32,000 bases of DNA, taken from contig NZ_CP059199.1 in assembly GCF_014251775.1 (NCBI RefSeq), forward strand, positions 390,001-422,000, read 5' to 3'. This document shows positions 18,213 through 30,119 of the stretch, in pieces (the first letter of the stretch is position 1; the number at the start of each line of letters is the position of its first letter). The notes below the pieces were generated by a model. That model saw nothing but the letters and a program-made list of their open reading frames with translations. It made no database searches and was not told the origin of the DNA. Both the position numbers and the translations under genes were made by a program. This DNA is from Candidatus Saccharimonadota bacterium. Lineage in GTDB: Bacteria; Bacteroidota; Bacteroidia; Flavobacteriales; Blattabacteriaceae.

Positions 18213-19330
18213 AAATAATGAAAAATTTTTTTAAAACATCATTATATGATACTCATATAAAATTAGGTGCAAAAATGATTAATTATTCAGGATTTTATAT
18301 GCCATTACAATATACATCTTCTATAAAAGAACATATATATGTAAGAAAATATTCTGGAATTTTTGATGTAAGTCATATGGGTAAATTAATTATCAAAGGA
18401 AAATCTTCAAAAGATTTTATCCAAAGATTAACCACAAATGACTTAAATGAAATAAAAATAGGAATGGCTCAATATACATGTTTAATTAATAATAAGGGTG
18501 GAATTATTGATGATTTAATTATTTATCAATTAAATAAATATGAATATTTATTAATAGTTAATGCAATAAATATTGAAAAAAATAAAAACTGGATAATTAA
18601 TAATATAAAATTATTAAAATATGAAAAATTAGAACTAATTGATATTTCTAATAATAATTCTTTATTATCTATACAAGGACCATTATCCATGTATTATATT
18701 AAACAATTAACATCTATTCCTTTAGAACAAATACATTTTTATCATTTTAGAATAGGAAAAATATGTGGGATCGATAATATTTTAATATCTCGTACAGGAT
18801 ATACTGGATCTATAGGATTTGAAATTCTTGTATCCAATAAATATGTAAAAGAAATTTGGAATCAAATAATAAATATAGGAAATGGAAAAATTATCCCATG
18901 CGGAATTGCTAGTAGAGATTCATTAAGACTAGAAATGGGGTATAGATTATACGGAAAAGATATTTCAGAAAAAATTACTCCTATAGAATCCGGTTTATCT
19001 TGGATAGTAAAATTTACTAAAAAATTTATTTCAAGAGAAATCTTAGAAAAACAAAAAAAAACGGGATTTCATAAAAAATTTATTTCTTTTTTTATACGAA
19101 AAGAAGATAATTTTATTCCTAGAAATGGATATTCATTAGTAGATAAAAATAAAAATAAAGTAGGAATAATTACCTCTGGTAATTATTCCCCTATTTTAAA
19201 AAAATGTATAGGATTAGGATATTTATTTAAAAATGATAATGAAGAAAATTTATTATTTATTATAGCTAGAGGAAAAAAAATTCCTATTTTTAGAAAAAAA
19301 ATACCTTTTATAAAAATTAATAATTTATAA
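18209..19330 (+). CDS. gcvT: Glycine cleavage system aminomethyltransferase (T protein)
   Basis: TSLYDTHIKLGAKMINYSGFYMPLQY...GIFDVSHMG...ISRTGYTGSIGFEI...GIASRDSLRLEMGY are GcvT signatures; 373 aa. Confidence 0.92.
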   Translation: MKIMKNFFKTSLYDTHIKLGAKMINYSGFYMPLQYTSSIKEHIYVRKYSGIFDVSHMGKLIIKGKSSKDFIQRLTTNDLNEIKIGMAQYTCLINNKGGIIDDLIIYQLNKYEYLLIVNAINIEKNKNWIINNIKLLKYEKLELIDISNNNSLLSIQGPLSMYYIKQLTSIPLEQIHFYHFRIGKICGIDNILISRTGYTGSIGFEILVSNKYVKEIWNQIINIGNGKIIPCGIASRDSLRLEMGYRLYGKDISEKITPIESGLSWIVKFTKKFISREILEKQKKTGFHKKFISFFIRKEDNFIPRNGYSLVDKNKNKVGIITSGNYSPILKKCIGLGYLFKNDNEENLLFIIARGKKIPIFRKKIPFIKINNL

Positions 19331-19463
19331 TAAAAAAATTATATATAACAATATTAATATTATTAATATAAACTTAAAAAATTTTAAAAAAAATATTCTA
19401 TTATCATTTCCTATTATTTTTACCCAATTTGGGACAATATGTATAGGATTATTTGATAACCTA

Positions 19464-20732
19464 ATGGTAGGATATCTTGGAAAAGAAGCAATTGCTTCAG
19501 TATCATTGGCAAATTCAGTTTTTTTTATGTTAATAATTTTTGGATTAGGTATGTCTATGGCTATTCCTCCATTGATTTCCTATGCAGATGCAAAAAAAAA
19601 TTATAAAGAAGTTGCTATGATATTTTACCATAGTATGGTATTAAATTTTATTTTATCATTAGTTATGTATGGATTAGTACATATATTTTTTTATGCATCT
19701 CCTTATTTCGAACAACCTAAAGAAATCATGGATCAAACAATCTCCTTCCTAAAAATTTTATCCATTTCTTTTTTTCCATGGATAATGTTTGAAATATTTA
19801 GAAAATTTTCAGAAGGGTTGCAAATAGTTTATCCTAGTCTTATTATAACTTGGTTAGCGGCAATTATTAACGTAATATTAAATTATTTATTTATAAATGG
19901 ATATTTAGGATTTCCTAAATTAGGTTTTATTGGGGTTGCTTATGCAACTTTAATATCAAGAATTATTATGTTAATCGGAATTTCTTTTATATTATATCTT
20001 AAATATAATAAAATTAGATTTTATGTTAATTATTTAAAATTTTTAACTTTAGAAAAAACATATATAAAAAAAATATTAAAAACTGGAATTCCATCTGGAT
20101 TACATATGTTATTTGAAATGGGATCATTTGCTGTATCTTCATTTATATCAGGAAAATGCGGAATAAAAGTTTTAGCGGCTCACCAAGTGGTTATTAATCT
20201 TGTATCTTCTACTTTTCTTATAATTACAGGTTTTTCTATTACAGCTACAATCAGAATTAGTAATCAATTAGCTTTAAAAAAATATTATAAATTAAATAAA
20301 ATAGGATTGGCTATTATTTTTATGGGGTCCATTGTTATGTTAATATGCAGTTTAATATTTATCTATTTTAGAAATGAAATTCCTTATTTTTATATAAAAA
20401 AAAATGATTATGAAATAATACCTATCATAGAAAAAATGATTATAATTGCTAGTATTTTTCAAATATCTGATGGAATTCAAGGGATCACTATAGGAATATT
20501 AAGAGGATTACAAGATTTTAAAATACCTATGTGGATTAGTTTTTTTTCTTATTGGATTATAGGATTACCTATCTCTTGGTTTTTATCATTAAAAATGGGT
20601 GGAATTGGTGTATGGATTGGAATAGGAATAGGATTAACCATATCATCTATATTACTTATTATAAGATATAACATAGTAATAAAAAATATTATCAAATATC
20701 AAAAAAAAATATCTACAATAAAAAAAATTTAA
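19464..20732 (+). CDS. MATE family efflux transporter. The first ATG is listed, but the conserved N-terminus continues upstream in frame without ATG/GTG/TTG.
   Basis: It is a multi-TM protein whose N-terminus is the MATE consensus ...[18 protein letters not shown]. Hand translation of the upstream in-frame sequence gives NLKNFKKNILLSFPIIFTQFGTICIGLFDNL, which is the usual MATE TM1. Confidence 0.85.
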   Translation: MVGYLGKEAIASVSLANSVFFMLIIFGLGMSMAIPPLISYADAKKNYKEVAMIFYHSMVLNFILSLVMYGLVHIFFYASPYFEQPKEIMDQTISFLKILSISFFPWIMFEIFRKFSEGLQIVYPSLIITWLAAIINVILNYLFINGYLGFPKLGFIGVAYATLISRIIMLIGISFILYLKYNKIRFYVNYLKFLTLEKTYIKKILKTGIPSGLHMLFEMGSFAVSSFISGKCGIKVLAAHQVVINLVSSTFLIITGFSITATIRISNQLALKKYYKLNKIGLAIIFMGSIVMLICSLIFIYFRNEIPYFYIKKNDYEIIPIIEKMIIIASIFQISDGIQGITIGILRGLQDFKIPMWISFFSYWIIGLPISWFLSLKMGGIGVWIGIGIGLTISSILLIIRYNIVIKNIIKYQKKISTIKKI

Positions 20733-20742
20733 CAATTATATT

Positions 20743-21825
20743 ATGGCAGGAAATACTTTCGGTAATCTATTTAAAATTACGACTTTTGGAGAAAGTCATG
20801 GAGAAGCTTTAGGAGGAATAATTGATGGATGTCCTTCTGGAATAAACATTGATATGAAAAAAATTCAGTTTGATTTAAATAGAAGAAGACCAGGACAATC
20901 ATTGATTGTTTCTTCAAGAAATGAATTAGATAAAGTGCATTTTTTATCTGGAATATTTGAAGGAAAAACAACTGGAACTCCTATAGGATTTATTATCTAT
21001 AATAAAGATAAAAAATCAGAAGATTATAAAAATTTACAAAATACTTATAGACCATCTCATTCCGATTTTACTTATGAAAAAAAATATGGAATAAGAGACT
21101 ATAGAGGAGGGGGTAGATCATCCGCAAGAGAAACAATTTGCAGAGTAGTAGCTGGATCTATAGCAAAACAAATTATAAAAAATATAAAAATAATTTCTTA
21201 TGTTTCCAGTATAGGAGATATATCGATAAATAAACCTTATCAAAAATTAAATCTATCTATAGATTCTATTGAAAAAAGTCCTGTAAGATGTCCTGATTCT
21301 GATGTATCAAAAAAAATGATTTCAAAAATTCAAGAAATAAAAAGTAATGGTGATACAATAGGAGGAATTATAACTTGTATAATTAGCAATGTTCCAATAG
21401 GAATTGGAGAACCAGTATTTAATAAACTTCATTCTGAATTAGGAAAAGCTATGCTATCTATTAATGCGGTAAAAGGATTTGAATATGGAAGTGGTTTTGA
21501 TGGAACTAAATTAACTGGTTCTAATCATAATGATTTATTTTTTTCAAGTGGAAAAACCAAAACAAATTTTTCTGGGGGGATACAAGGTGGAATATCCAAT
21601 GGAATGGATATTTATTTTAGAGTAGCTTTTAAGCCTGTAGCCAGTATAATGAAAAAACAAGAAAACCTTGATAATTTAGGAAAAATTGTTACAAACAAAA
21701 TAGTAGGTAGACACGATCCTTGTGTTTTACCCAGAGCAGTTCCTATAGTTGAATCAATGGCAGCATTAGTCTTAGTAGATTATTGGATGCAATCAAAATT
21801 ATCTAAATATTCTTCTATTCTATGA
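20743..21825 (+). CDS. aroC: Chorismate synthase
   Basis: [31 protein letters not shown]..., [21 protein letters not shown] and GRHDPCV are all AroC motifs; 360 aa. Confidence 0.95.
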   Translation: MAGNTFGNLFKITTFGESHGEALGGIIDGCPSGINIDMKKIQFDLNRRRPGQSLIVSSRNELDKVHFLSGIFEGKTTGTPIGFIIYNKDKKSEDYKNLQNTYRPSHSDFTYEKKYGIRDYRGGGRSSARETICRVVAGSIAKQIIKNIKIISYVSSIGDISINKPYQKLNLSIDSIEKSPVRCPDSDVSKKMISKIQEIKSNGDTIGGIITCIISNVPIGIGEPVFNKLHSELGKAMLSINAVKGFEYGSGFDGTKLTGSNHNDLFFSSGKTKTNFSGGIQGGISNGMDIYFRVAFKPVASIMKKQENLDNLGKIVTNKIVGRHDPCVLPRAVPIVESMAALVLVDYWMQSKLSKYSSIL

Positions 21826-21837
21826 TGTTACAAAAAC

Positions 21838-22749
21838 ATGAAAAAAAACTTAATTACTATAGTAGGACCTACTTGTGTTGGAAAAACTAATTTATCTATT
21901 TTTTTAGCCAAACAATTAAAAACAGAAATTTTATCGAGTGATTCTAGACAATTTTATAAAGAATTAAAAATAGGAACTTCTTTACCATCTTTAAAAGAAT
22001 TAAAATCTGTTCCTCATCATTTTATAGGTCATTTAAGTATTCATCAATATTATAATGCTAAATTATTTGAGAGAGATTCTCAAATAAAAATTAATGAATT
22101 ATTTAAAAAATATTCCATTCTAATTATGGTAGGAGGATCTGGATTATATGAAAAAGCAGTTATAGAGGGATTATCCGATATTCCTAATATTAATATTAAT
22201 ATTAGGAATGATTTAATTGTTTCTTTTAAAGAAAAAGGAATTAAATATTTACAAAAAGAATTTTTTCAAGAAAAAGAAAAATATCATCTAAAAAATATAG
22301 ATATTAATAATCCTATCAGATTAATCAGATATTTAGAAATTATAAAATCTACTGGGAAATCTCCAGATTTCTTTTTCAAAAAGAATAAAAAAAAGATAAA
22401 TTTTTATCCATTAAAAATTGGATTAATTTTATCTAAAAAAAAAATTTTTCACAAAATTAATAAAAGAGTAGATAATATGATTAAAAATGGATTATTACTT
22501 GAATCAAAAAATCTTTATCCTTATAAAGGTTTAAATAGTTTAGAAACTATAGGATATAAAGAAATTTTTGATTTTTTAGATAAAAAAAATAATTATAAAT
22601 TTTCTGATGTAGTAGAAAGAATAAAAATTAATACAAGAAAATATGTAAAAAAACAATTAACCTGGTATAAAAAATGCACGAATATAAATTGGTTTAATCC
22701 AGAAGAAAAATATAAAATATTAGAATTTATTATAAAAAAAATAAAATAA
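21838..22749 (+). CDS. miaA: tRNA dimethylallyltransferase
   Basis: P-loop IVGPTCVGKT, plus SSDSRQFYKELKIGTS and VGGSGLY; 303 aa. The stop codon abuts the tRNA-Val gene on the other strand. Confidence 0.93.
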   Translation: MKKNLITIVGPTCVGKTNLSIFLAKQLKTEILSSDSRQFYKELKIGTSLPSLKELKSVPHHFIGHLSIHQYYNAKLFERDSQIKINELFKKYSILIMVGGSGLYEKAVIEGLSDIPNININIRNDLIVSFKEKGIKYLQKEFFQEKEKYHLKNIDINNPIRLIRYLEIIKSTGKSPDFFFKKNKKKINFYPLKIGLILSKKKIFHKINKRVDNMIKNGLLLESKNLYPYKGLNSLETIGYKEIFDFLDKKNNYKFSDVVERIKINTRKYVKKQLTWYKKCTNINWFNPEEKYKILEFIIKKIK

Positions 22750-22824
22750 TGGGCAATACTGGATTTGAACCAGTGACCTTCTGCTTGTAAAACAGATGCT
22801 CTAAACCAACTGAGCTAATTGCCC
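22750..22824 (-). tRNA. tRNA-Val (anticodon UAC), 75 nt, CCA not encoded
   Basis: Folded by hand as GGGCAAT-TA-GCTC-AGTTGGTTTA-GAGC-A-TCTGT-TTTACAA-GCAGA-AGGTC-ACTGG-TTCAAAT-CCAGT-ATTGCCC-A. The acceptor, D and T stems are perfect. The anticodon stem has one G-U pair. The anticodon loop is U33-TAC-A37. Confidence 0.9.
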
Positions 22825-22854
22825 AAAAAAAAATTTCTTAAATTTAAGAAAAAA

Positions 22855-24120
22855 TTATAATAATAAAAAAACTTCTGATACAACAAATGTACTTCCACTT
22901 ATTAAAATTATATCGTTATTTTTTGCATTTTTTTTTGCAGAAATAAATGCCATTTTTACTGATTTAAAAAAATTAATATTTTTATTATTATGTTGATTTT
23001 TTAAAAAAAAATTATTTACTAATATTTTCAAACTTTGAATATCATACTTTCTTTCTATATTAGGTTGACAAAAATATAAATATGTTTTTTTATAAGAAAA
23101 CATATTTAAAAATGAATTTATTTTTTTTCCTTTTACAAAACCTAATACTAAATGTAATCTTTCATAAGATTCTTTATTCAATTGAGAATTAATCATATAT
23201 ATGCCTTTTTCATTATGAGCTACATCACAAATAATTCTAGGATTTTTTTTTTTTAAAATTTCCCATCTTCCTTTAAAAGAAGTATTTTTTTTAATATTAT
23301 TTAATCCATCGATAATAGATTTTTTAGATATAAAAAAATTTTTTCTATTTTTTAGGATATCTATTGTTTTTAATACTAATTCTTTATTTAAATATTGATA
23401 ATTAACATCATCAAATGATGATTGAAACAAATTATCTTTTTTAGAAGGGAAAACAAAATAAATTGGAGAATTTTTTTTAAAAGAATCTATTAAAAAAAAA
23501 TATTGTATAGTTTTAGAATTATTTGGTCCTATTATTACTGATACATTTTTTTTTATTATTCCTGATTTCTCAAAAGCTATTTCTAATTCATTTTTACCTA
23601 AAATTTCCATATGATCCATACTAATATTAGTAATTATAGATAACTCTGGAATTATAATATTAGTAGAATCTAATCTACCCCCCATACCAACCTCAATCAC
23701 TGCCAAATCAACTTTTTTTTCTTTAAAATATTGAAAAGCCATAGCCGTGTTTAATTCAAAAAAAGAAATCGATTTTTTTTCAATAAAAAATTGATTCTTT
23801 TCTATAAATTTAATAATAAATTTTTTTTCGATGTATTTACCATTATAAGATATTCTTTCTCTAAAATCTAATAAATGAGGTGATGTAAATGAACCAACTT
23901 TATACCCTTCTTCTTGTAAAATAGAATATAACATGTTTACTGTTGATCCCTTCCCATTAGTTCCTCCAACATGAATACTTTTAAAATATTTTTGTGGATT
24001 TCCTAAATAATTGCAAAAGCTTTTTATTCTATTTAATCCAGGTTTATAACATTTATATCCATATTTTTGATAAATAGGAAGACGATTAAAAATCCATTTA
24101 ACTACTTTAGTATAATTCAA
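22855..24120 (-). CDS. folC: Bifunctional folylpolyglutamate synthase / dihydrofolate synthase
   Basis: Mur-ligase P-loop HVGGTNGKGST, plus FTSPHL, EVGMGGRLDSTN and DVAHNE; 421 aa. It contains an in-frame A12 run on the coding strand. Confidence 0.9.
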   Translation of the reverse strand: MNYTKVVKWIFNRLPIYQKYGYKCYKPGLNRIKSFCNYLGNPQKYFKSIHVGGTNGKGSTVNMLYSILQEEGYKVGSFTSPHLLDFRERISYNGKYIEKKFIIKFIEKNQFFIEKKSISFFELNTAMAFQYFKEKKVDLAVIEVGMGGRLDSTNIIIPELSIITNISMDHMEILGKNELEIAFEKSGIIKKNVSVIIGPNNSKTIQYFFLIDSFKKNSPIYFVFPSKKDNLFQSSFDDVNYQYLNKELVLKTIDILKNRKNFFISKKSIIDGLNNIKKNTSFKGRWEILKKKNPRIICDVAHNEKGIYMINSQLNKESYERLHLVLGFVKGKKINSFLNMFSYKKTYLYFCQPNIERKYDIQSLKILVNNFFLKNQHNNKNINFFKSVKMAFISAKKNAKNNDIILISGSTFVVSEVFLLL

Positions 24121-24206
24121 TTTTTAAAATTAAAAATAATTATATACAAAAATATAATTTTTTCAAAAAAATTATTATATTAATATTAAAGTATTATTAA
24201 ATTTTT

Positions 24207-25874
24207 TTGAAAATAAAATCACATTTAAATTTCATTGAAAAAATTATAGAAAAAGATATAGAAAATGGATTTCCTAGGAAAAAAATAAAATTCAGATTTC
24301 CTCCTGAACCTAATGGATACCTTCATATTGGACATGTAAAAGCAATATCTTTAAATTTTGAATTAGCTAAAAAATATCAATCTCCAATCAATTTGAGATT
24401 TGACGATACTAATCCTATAGTAGAAAATAATAAATTTATAGAATCTATAAAAAAAGATATTTTATTTTTAGGTTTTAAATGGGATAAAATAAGTTATGCC
24501 TCAGATTATTTTAATAATTTATACTTTTTAGCTATAAAATTAATCAAAAAAAATAAAGCATATATTGATAATCAATCTAAAGAAAAAATAAGATTTCAGA
24601 GAAAAAATTCTTTCGAAATAGGAATTAACAGTAACAATAGAAATAGATCAATTGAGGAAAATTTATATTTATTTGAAAAAATGAAAAATGGATTTTTCAA
24701 AGAAGGAAGTTGCGTGTTAAGAGCTAGAATAGATATGAGTTCCCCTAATATAAATATGAGAGATCCCATCATGTATAGAATATTGAAAACATCTCATTGT
24801 AGAACTGGAAAAAAATGGTGCATTTATCCTACTTATGATTGGACCCATGGTCAATGTGATTATCTTGAAAGAATATCTCATTCTTTATGTTCACTAGAAT
24901 TTGAAAATAAACGACCATTATATAACTGGTTTATTGATAATATTTGGGATGGAAAAAATATTAAACCAAAACAAATAGAATTTTCTAGATTAAATTTAAG
25001 TAATACTATAACAAGTAAAAGAAAAATTCAATATTTAATAAATAAAAAAATTATCCACGATTGGGATGATCCAAGATTATCAACAATATCAGGTTTAAAA
25101 AATAAAGGATATCCTGCAAGTTCTTTAATAAATTTTGTCAAAAGAGTTGGATTATCAAAAAGAAATAATGTTATAGATATTTCTCTTTTAGAATTTTTTG
25201 GAAGAGAATCCTTAAAAAGAATATCATTTAGAATTATGGTTATTTTAAATCCAATTAAATTGGTTATCAGTAATTATCCTGATAATAAAACTGAATGGAT
25301 TGAATGTGAAAATTTTCCAAATTATAATAAAAAACACAATAAATTTAGAAAAATTCCTTTTTCAAAGAATATATATATTGAATCTAGTGATTTTTTAGAA
25401 AAAAAAGAAAAAAATTTCTTTAGACTATATATTGGAAATGAAGTAAGATTGAAAAATGCTTATATTATAAGAGCAAATTCTATTAAAAAAGATTATAATG
25501 GAAAAATAAAAGAAATTTATTGTACTTACGATATAAATAGTAAATCATTTATCCATAAAAAAAAAGAAAATAATAATACAAAAAAACGGGTAAAATCTAC
25601 TTTACATTGGGTATCAATTTCACATTTTATTCCTATTAATGTTAATTTATTCAATCCTTTGTTTTTGAATAAAAATCCCAATATAGAAAAAAATATTTCT
25701 AATCAAATAAGTAAAAATTCCATTATTAAAATTAGAGGATACGCAGAACCATCTATAAAAAATTATATAGAAGAAAATCAAAAATATTTTCAATTTCAAA
25801 GAATAGGTTATTTCTATATAGTAGAAAAAAATAATTTTGTTTTCAATAAAACATTATCTCTAAAAAATAAATAA
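24207..25874 (+). CDS. glnS: Glutamine--tRNA ligase
   Basis: NFIEKIIEKDI, then the class-I HIGH motif in FPPEPNGYLHIGHVKA, then LRFDDTNP and YPTYDWTHG. The start is TTG at 24207, with no upstream ATG in frame; 555 aa. Confidence 0.93.
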   Translation: MKIKSHLNFIEKIIEKDIENGFPRKKIKFRFPPEPNGYLHIGHVKAISLNFELAKKYQSPINLRFDDTNPIVENNKFIESIKKDILFLGFKWDKISYASDYFNNLYFLAIKLIKKNKAYIDNQSKEKIRFQRKNSFEIGINSNNRNRSIEENLYLFEKMKNGFFKEGSCVLRARIDMSSPNINMRDPIMYRILKTSHCRTGKKWCIYPTYDWTHGQCDYLERISHSLCSLEFENKRPLYNWFIDNIWDGKNIKPKQIEFSRLNLSNTITSKRKIQYLINKKIIHDWDDPRLSTISGLKNKGYPASSLINFVKRVGLSKRNNVIDISLLEFFGRESLKRISFRIMVILNPIKLVISNYPDNKTEWIECENFPNYNKKHNKFRKIPFSKNIYIESSDFLEKKEKNFFRLYIGNEVRLKNAYIIRANSIKKDYNGKIKEIYCTYDINSKSFIHKKKENNNTKKRVKSTLHWVSISHFIPINVNLFNPLFLNKNPNIEKNISNQISKNSIIKIRGYAEPSIKNYIEENQKYFQFQRIGYFYIVEKNNFVFNKTLSLKNK

Positions 25875-28800
25875 TTAATCTAATATTTCCGGATTAAATT
25901 CGTCATATTCTTTTAATCCAGTTCCTGCAGGAATTTTATGACCAACAATAACATTTTCTTTTAATCCATATAAATAATCAGTTTTACTACTAATAGCTGC
26001 TTCAGATAAAACTTTTGTAGTTTCTTGAAAAGATGCCGCTGATATAAAAGATTTAGTCTGCAAAGCAGATCTAGTTATACCTTGTAATATTGGTCTTGCT
26101 ATAGCTGGAATAGCATCTCTTATTTTCATTAATTTTTTACTATGATATTTTAAAATAGTATTTTCATTTAAAAAATCTCTATAACTAATTATATCTCCTT
26201 TATTAAAATTATCAGAATCTCCGGAATAAATAATTATTTTCATTTGTGATATTTTATCATTTTCTTCTATAAAATCATCTTTATATTCAATATTTCCTTC
26301 TAAAAATTTTGTATCACCTACATCTAAAACTTCTACTTTTCGCATCATTTGTAAAACAATTACTTCAAAATGTTTATCATTTATTTTAACTCCTTGCAAA
26401 CGATAAACCTCTTGTATTTCTCTAATTAAATACTCTTGAACAGCTCTTGGACCTCTTATATTTAAAATATCATTTGGGGTTACCGCTCCATCTGATAATG
26501 GCATCCCAGCTTTTACATAATCATTATCTTGAACAAGAATTTGATTAGATAATTTAACTAAATATTTTCTGATTTCTCCATTTTTAGATTCTATAATAAT
26601 TTCTCTATTTCCTCTTTTTATTTTTCCATGACTAACAATTCCATCCATTTCCGATACTACGGCTGGATTTGATGGATTTCTAGCTTCAAATAATTCAGAT
26701 AACCTTGGTAATCCTCCAGTAATATCTCCAGATTTAGCTGATTTTCTAGGTATTTTAACTAAAATTTTTCCTTTCTTTATTTTTTCTCCATCTTCTACCA
26801 TTAAATGCGCACCTACAGGAATATTATAATTCTTCAATTCTTTATTTTCTTCATTAATGATTTTCAACATTGGAATTAAATTTTTATTCCTTGCTTCTGT
26901 AATCACTTTTTCTTGGAATCCGGTTTGATCATCTACCTCTACTTGAAAAGTAGATCCTTGTTCTAAATCTTGATAAGATATAATTCCAGAAAATTCTGCA
27001 ATAATCACTGCATTATATAAATCCCATTTACATATAAGATCGTTTTTTTTCAAAGAATCACCATTATTAACATATAAATATGCTCCATAAGGAATATTAT
27101 TAATCATTAAAATAGATGATCTTCTTTTATTATAAAGTTTCATTTCTGTAGTTCTAGATACTACTATTTTAACTTTTTTAGAATCTAAAATTGTATTAAC
27201 AAATTTCAAATCTTCAAATTCTATTATTCCATCATATTTACTTTTTATTTGAGATGATTCTGTTACATTTCCTGCTGTTCCTCCTACATGAAAAGTTCTT
27301 AAAGTCAATTGAGTCCCTGGCTCTCCAATAGATTGAGCAGCAATCACACCAACTGCTTCACCTTTTTGAATCATTTTTCCAGTAGATAAATTTCTACCAT
27401 AACATTTAGAACATATTCCCATTTTTGCTTCACAAGTTAATGGAGAACGCACTTCTACTGTAGTAATTCCAGATTTCTCAATAATTTTTGCTATTTTTTC
27501 ATCAATAATATCTCCTGAGTAGATAATTAATTCATCATTTTCAAATGGATTCAAAACATCATTTAAAGATATTCTCCCTAAAATTCGGTCATATAAAGTT
27601 TCTACAACTTCCTCATTTTTCTTTAATGCAGATATTTTTAATCCTCGTAAAGTATTACAATCATCTATTTTGATAATAACATCTTGTGCAGCATCTACTA
27701 ATCTCCTAGTTAAATATCCAGCATCTGCAGTTTTTAATGCAGTATCTGCTAGCCCCTTTCTAGCTCCATGTGTAGAAATAAAATATTCTAAAATAGAAAG
27801 TCCTTCCCTAAAATTAGATAAAATAGGATTTTCAATAATTTCTCCTCCAATAGATCCAGTTTTTTGTGGCTTTGCCATTAATCCACGCATTCCAGATAAT
27901 TGCCTTATTTGTTCTTTTGAACCTCTTGCTCCAGAATCTAACATCATATATACTGGATTGAATCCATCTCTATCCTTTTGCATATATTTCATAACTCTTT
28001 CTGTTAGCATAGAATTAGTATGGGTCCATATATCTATAATTTGATTATAACGTTCATTATTTGTTATTAATCCCATATTATAATTAGACATAACAGTATC
28101 TACCTTTTTAATAGCATTACGTACCATATTTATTTTATTATCGGGAATTATAATATCTCCTAATCCAAAAGATAGCCCCCCTTTAAAAGAATTATAAAAA
28201 CCTAATTCTTTTATATCATCTAAAAATTTTGAAGTAATGGGAATATTAGTTAAATGTAATATTTTTCCTATTATTTCTCTTAATGATTTTTTTGTTAAAG
28301 ATTCATTAATAAATCCTACTTTTTTCGGAACTACTTGATTAAATAATACCCTACCTACAGTAGTCTCTATTAACTTTTTAATTAATTTATCATTTTCTCG
28401 AACATTAACTTTAACTTTTATTAATGCATGTAAACTAACAACTTTTTGATTATAAGCTATTTCTACTTCTTCAGGTGAATAAAAAATTTTTCCTTCTCCT
28501 TTAACTTTTTTACTGTTATTTGATAATAATGGTTTGGTCATATAATATAAACCTAAAACCATATCTTGAGATGGAACAGTAATTGGGGTCCCATTAGCTG
28601 GATTTAATATATTTTGAGATGCTAACATTAATATCTGTGCCTCTAATATTGCTATTTTAGAAAGTGGTAAATGAACCGCCATTTGATCACCATCAAAATC
28701 CGCATTAAAAGCAGCACATACTAAAGGATGTAATTGTATTGCTTTCCCTTCTATTAATTTAGGTTGAAATGCTTGAATTCCTAATCTATGTAGGGTAGGT

Positions 28801-30119
28801 GCTCTATTCAAAAGTACTGGATGTCCCTTTAATATATTTTCTAATATATCCCATATTATTGGATTTCTTTTATCAATAATTTTTTTAGCTGATTTTACAG
28901 TTTTTACTATCCCTCTTTCAATTAATTTTCTAATTATAAAAGGTTTATATAATTCTGCTGCCATATCTTTAGGTAATCCACATTCATATAATTTTAAATG
29001 AGGCCCCACCACAATTACCGATCTAGCAGAATAATCTACTCTTTTACCCAATAAATTCTGTCTAAAACGACCTTGTTTTCCTTTTAAAGAATCAGATAAG
29101 GATTTCAAAGGCCTATTTGCTTCAGATTTTACCGCAGACATTTTTCTTGAATTATCAAATAATGAATCCACGGCTTCTTGAAGCATTCTTTTTTCATTTC
29201 TCAGAATAACTTCAGGAGCTTTTATTTCTATCAATCGTTTCAAACGATTATTCCTTATGAGTACTCTTCTATATAAATCAGTCATATCAGATGCTGCATA
29301 TCTACCACCTTCTAAAGGAACTAAAGGCCTTAATTCAGGAGGAATTACGGATAAAACATGAATAATCATCCAAGTTGGATCTCCACCATTTTTTTCGCCA
29401 TCTCTGAATGATTCAACTATTTGTAATCTTTTCAAAGCATCAATTCTACGTTGTTTAGAAGTTTCACTAAAAGCTTTATTTCTTAATTCATTAGATAAAA
29501 TATCTAAATCAATTCTTTTTAATAAATCTTCTAAACATTCTCCCCCCATTTTAGCTATGAATTTATCTGGATCAGATTCATCCAAATTTTTATTAGAATT
29601 AGGAAGATTATTTAGAATATTCAAATATTCTTCTTCAGTTAAAAAATCTCCTTTTACAAAAGGTTTTCCATCTGAACGTCGAGCTATCCCACTTTGAATA
29701 ATAACATATCGTTCGTAATAAATTATCATTTCAAGTTTTTTTGAAGAATATCCTAATAATGATCCAATTTTATTAGGAGAAGAACGAAAACACCATATAT
29801 GAACAACTGGAATCACAAGACTGATATGTCCCATTCTCTCTCTTCTAACCTTTTTTTCAGTTATCTCTACTCCACATCTATCACATACAATTCCTTTGTA
29901 ACGAATTCTTTTATATTTCCCACAAGCACATTCATAATCTTTAACAGGCCCAAAAATTCTTTCACAAAATAATCCATCTCTTTCTGGTTTATGCGTACGA
30001 TAATTTATAGTTTCTGGTTTTAATACCTCTCCATAAGATTCTTTTAATACTAATTCTGGAGATGCTAAACGAATTTTTATTTTACTAAACTTACTTCTTT
30101 TATTCATAATACAATACAT
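25875..30119 (-). CDS. rpoC: DNA-directed RNA polymerase subunit beta'
   Basis: [29 protein letters not shown], the zinc motif [22 protein letters not shown] and the catalytic [12 protein letters not shown]. The protein is 1414 aa. The start is either the ATG at 30119, directly abutting the rpoB stop, or the in-frame ATG at 30107. Confidence 0.99.
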   Translation of the reverse strand: MYCIMNKRSKFSKIKIRLASPELVLKESYGEVLKPETINYRTHKPERDGLFCERIFGPVKDYECACGKYKRIRYKGIVCDRCGVEITEKKVRRERMGHISLVIPVVHIWCFRSSPNKIGSLLGYSSKKLEMIIYYERYVIIQSGIARRSDGKPFVKGDFLTEEEYLNILNNLPNSNKNLDESDPDKFIAKMGGECLEDLLKRIDLDILSNELRNKAFSETSKQRRIDALKRLQIVESFRDGEKNGGDPTWMIIHVLSVIPPELRPLVPLEGGRYAASDMTDLYRRVLIRNNRLKRLIEIKAPEVILRNEKRMLQEAVDSLFDNSRKMSAVKSEANRPLKSLSDSLKGKQGRFRQNLLGKRVDYSARSVIVVGPHLKLYECGLPKDMAAELYKPFIIRKLIERGIVKTVKSAKKIIDKRNPIIWDILENILKGHPVLLNRAPTLHRLGIQAFQPKLIEGKAIQLHPLVCAAFNADFDGDQMAVHLPLSKIAILEAQILMLASQNILNPANGTPITVPSQDMVLGLYYMTKPLLSNNSKKVKGEGKIFYSPEEVEIAYNQKVVSLHALIKVKVNVRENDKLIKKLIETTVGRVLFNQVVPKKVGFINESLTKKSLREIIGKILHLTNIPITSKFLDDIKELGFYNSFKGGLSFGLGDIIIPDNKINMVRNAIKKVDTVMSNYNMGLITNNERYNQIIDIWTHTNSMLTERVMKYMQKDRDGFNPVYMMLDSGARGSKEQIRQLSGMRGLMAKPQKTGSIGGEIIENPILSNFREGLSILEYFISTHGARKGLADTALKTADAGYLTRRLVDAAQDVIIKIDDCNTLRGLKISALKKNEEVVETLYDRILGRISLNDVLNPFENDELIIYSGDIIDEKIAKIIEKSGITTVEVRSPLTCEAKMGICSKCYGRNLSTGKMIQKGEAVGVIAAQSIGEPGTQLTLRTFHVGGTAGNVTESSQIKSKYDGIIEFEDLKFVNTILDSKKVKIVVSRTTEMKLYNKRRSSILMINNIPYGAYLYVNNGDSLKKNDLICKWDLYNAVIIAEFSGIISYQDLEQGSTFQVEVDDQTGFQEKVITEARNKNLIPMLKIINEENKELKNYNIPVGAHLMVEDGEKIKKGKILVKIPRKSAKSGDITGGLPRLSELFEARNPSNPAVVSEMDGIVSHGKIKRGNREIIIESKNGEIRKYLVKLSNQILVQDNDYVKAGMPLSDGAVTPNDILNIRGPRAVQEYLIREIQEVYRLQGVKINDKHFEVIVLQMMRKVEVLDVGDTKFLEGNIEYKDDFIEENDKISQMKIIIYSGDSDNFNKGDIISYRDFLNENTILKYHSKKLMKIRDAIPAIARPILQGITRSALQTKSFISAASFQETTKVLSEAAISSKTDYLYGLKENVIVGHKIPAGTGLKEYDEFNPEILD

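Noticed and set aside
20777-20971. 64-aa minus-strand ORF
   Set aside because: It is antisense within aroC and has no recognisable motifs.
25872-25877. glnS and rpoC stop codons are directly adjacent (0-nt convergent junction). rpoB stop and rpoC start are also contiguous at 30117-30122.
   Set aside because: This is typical compaction of a reduced genome. There is nothing beyond the expected read-through or antisense consequences and no additional signal.
27670-28044. 124-aa plus-strand ORF
   Set aside because: It is antisense within rpoC, so it is a shadow ORF.
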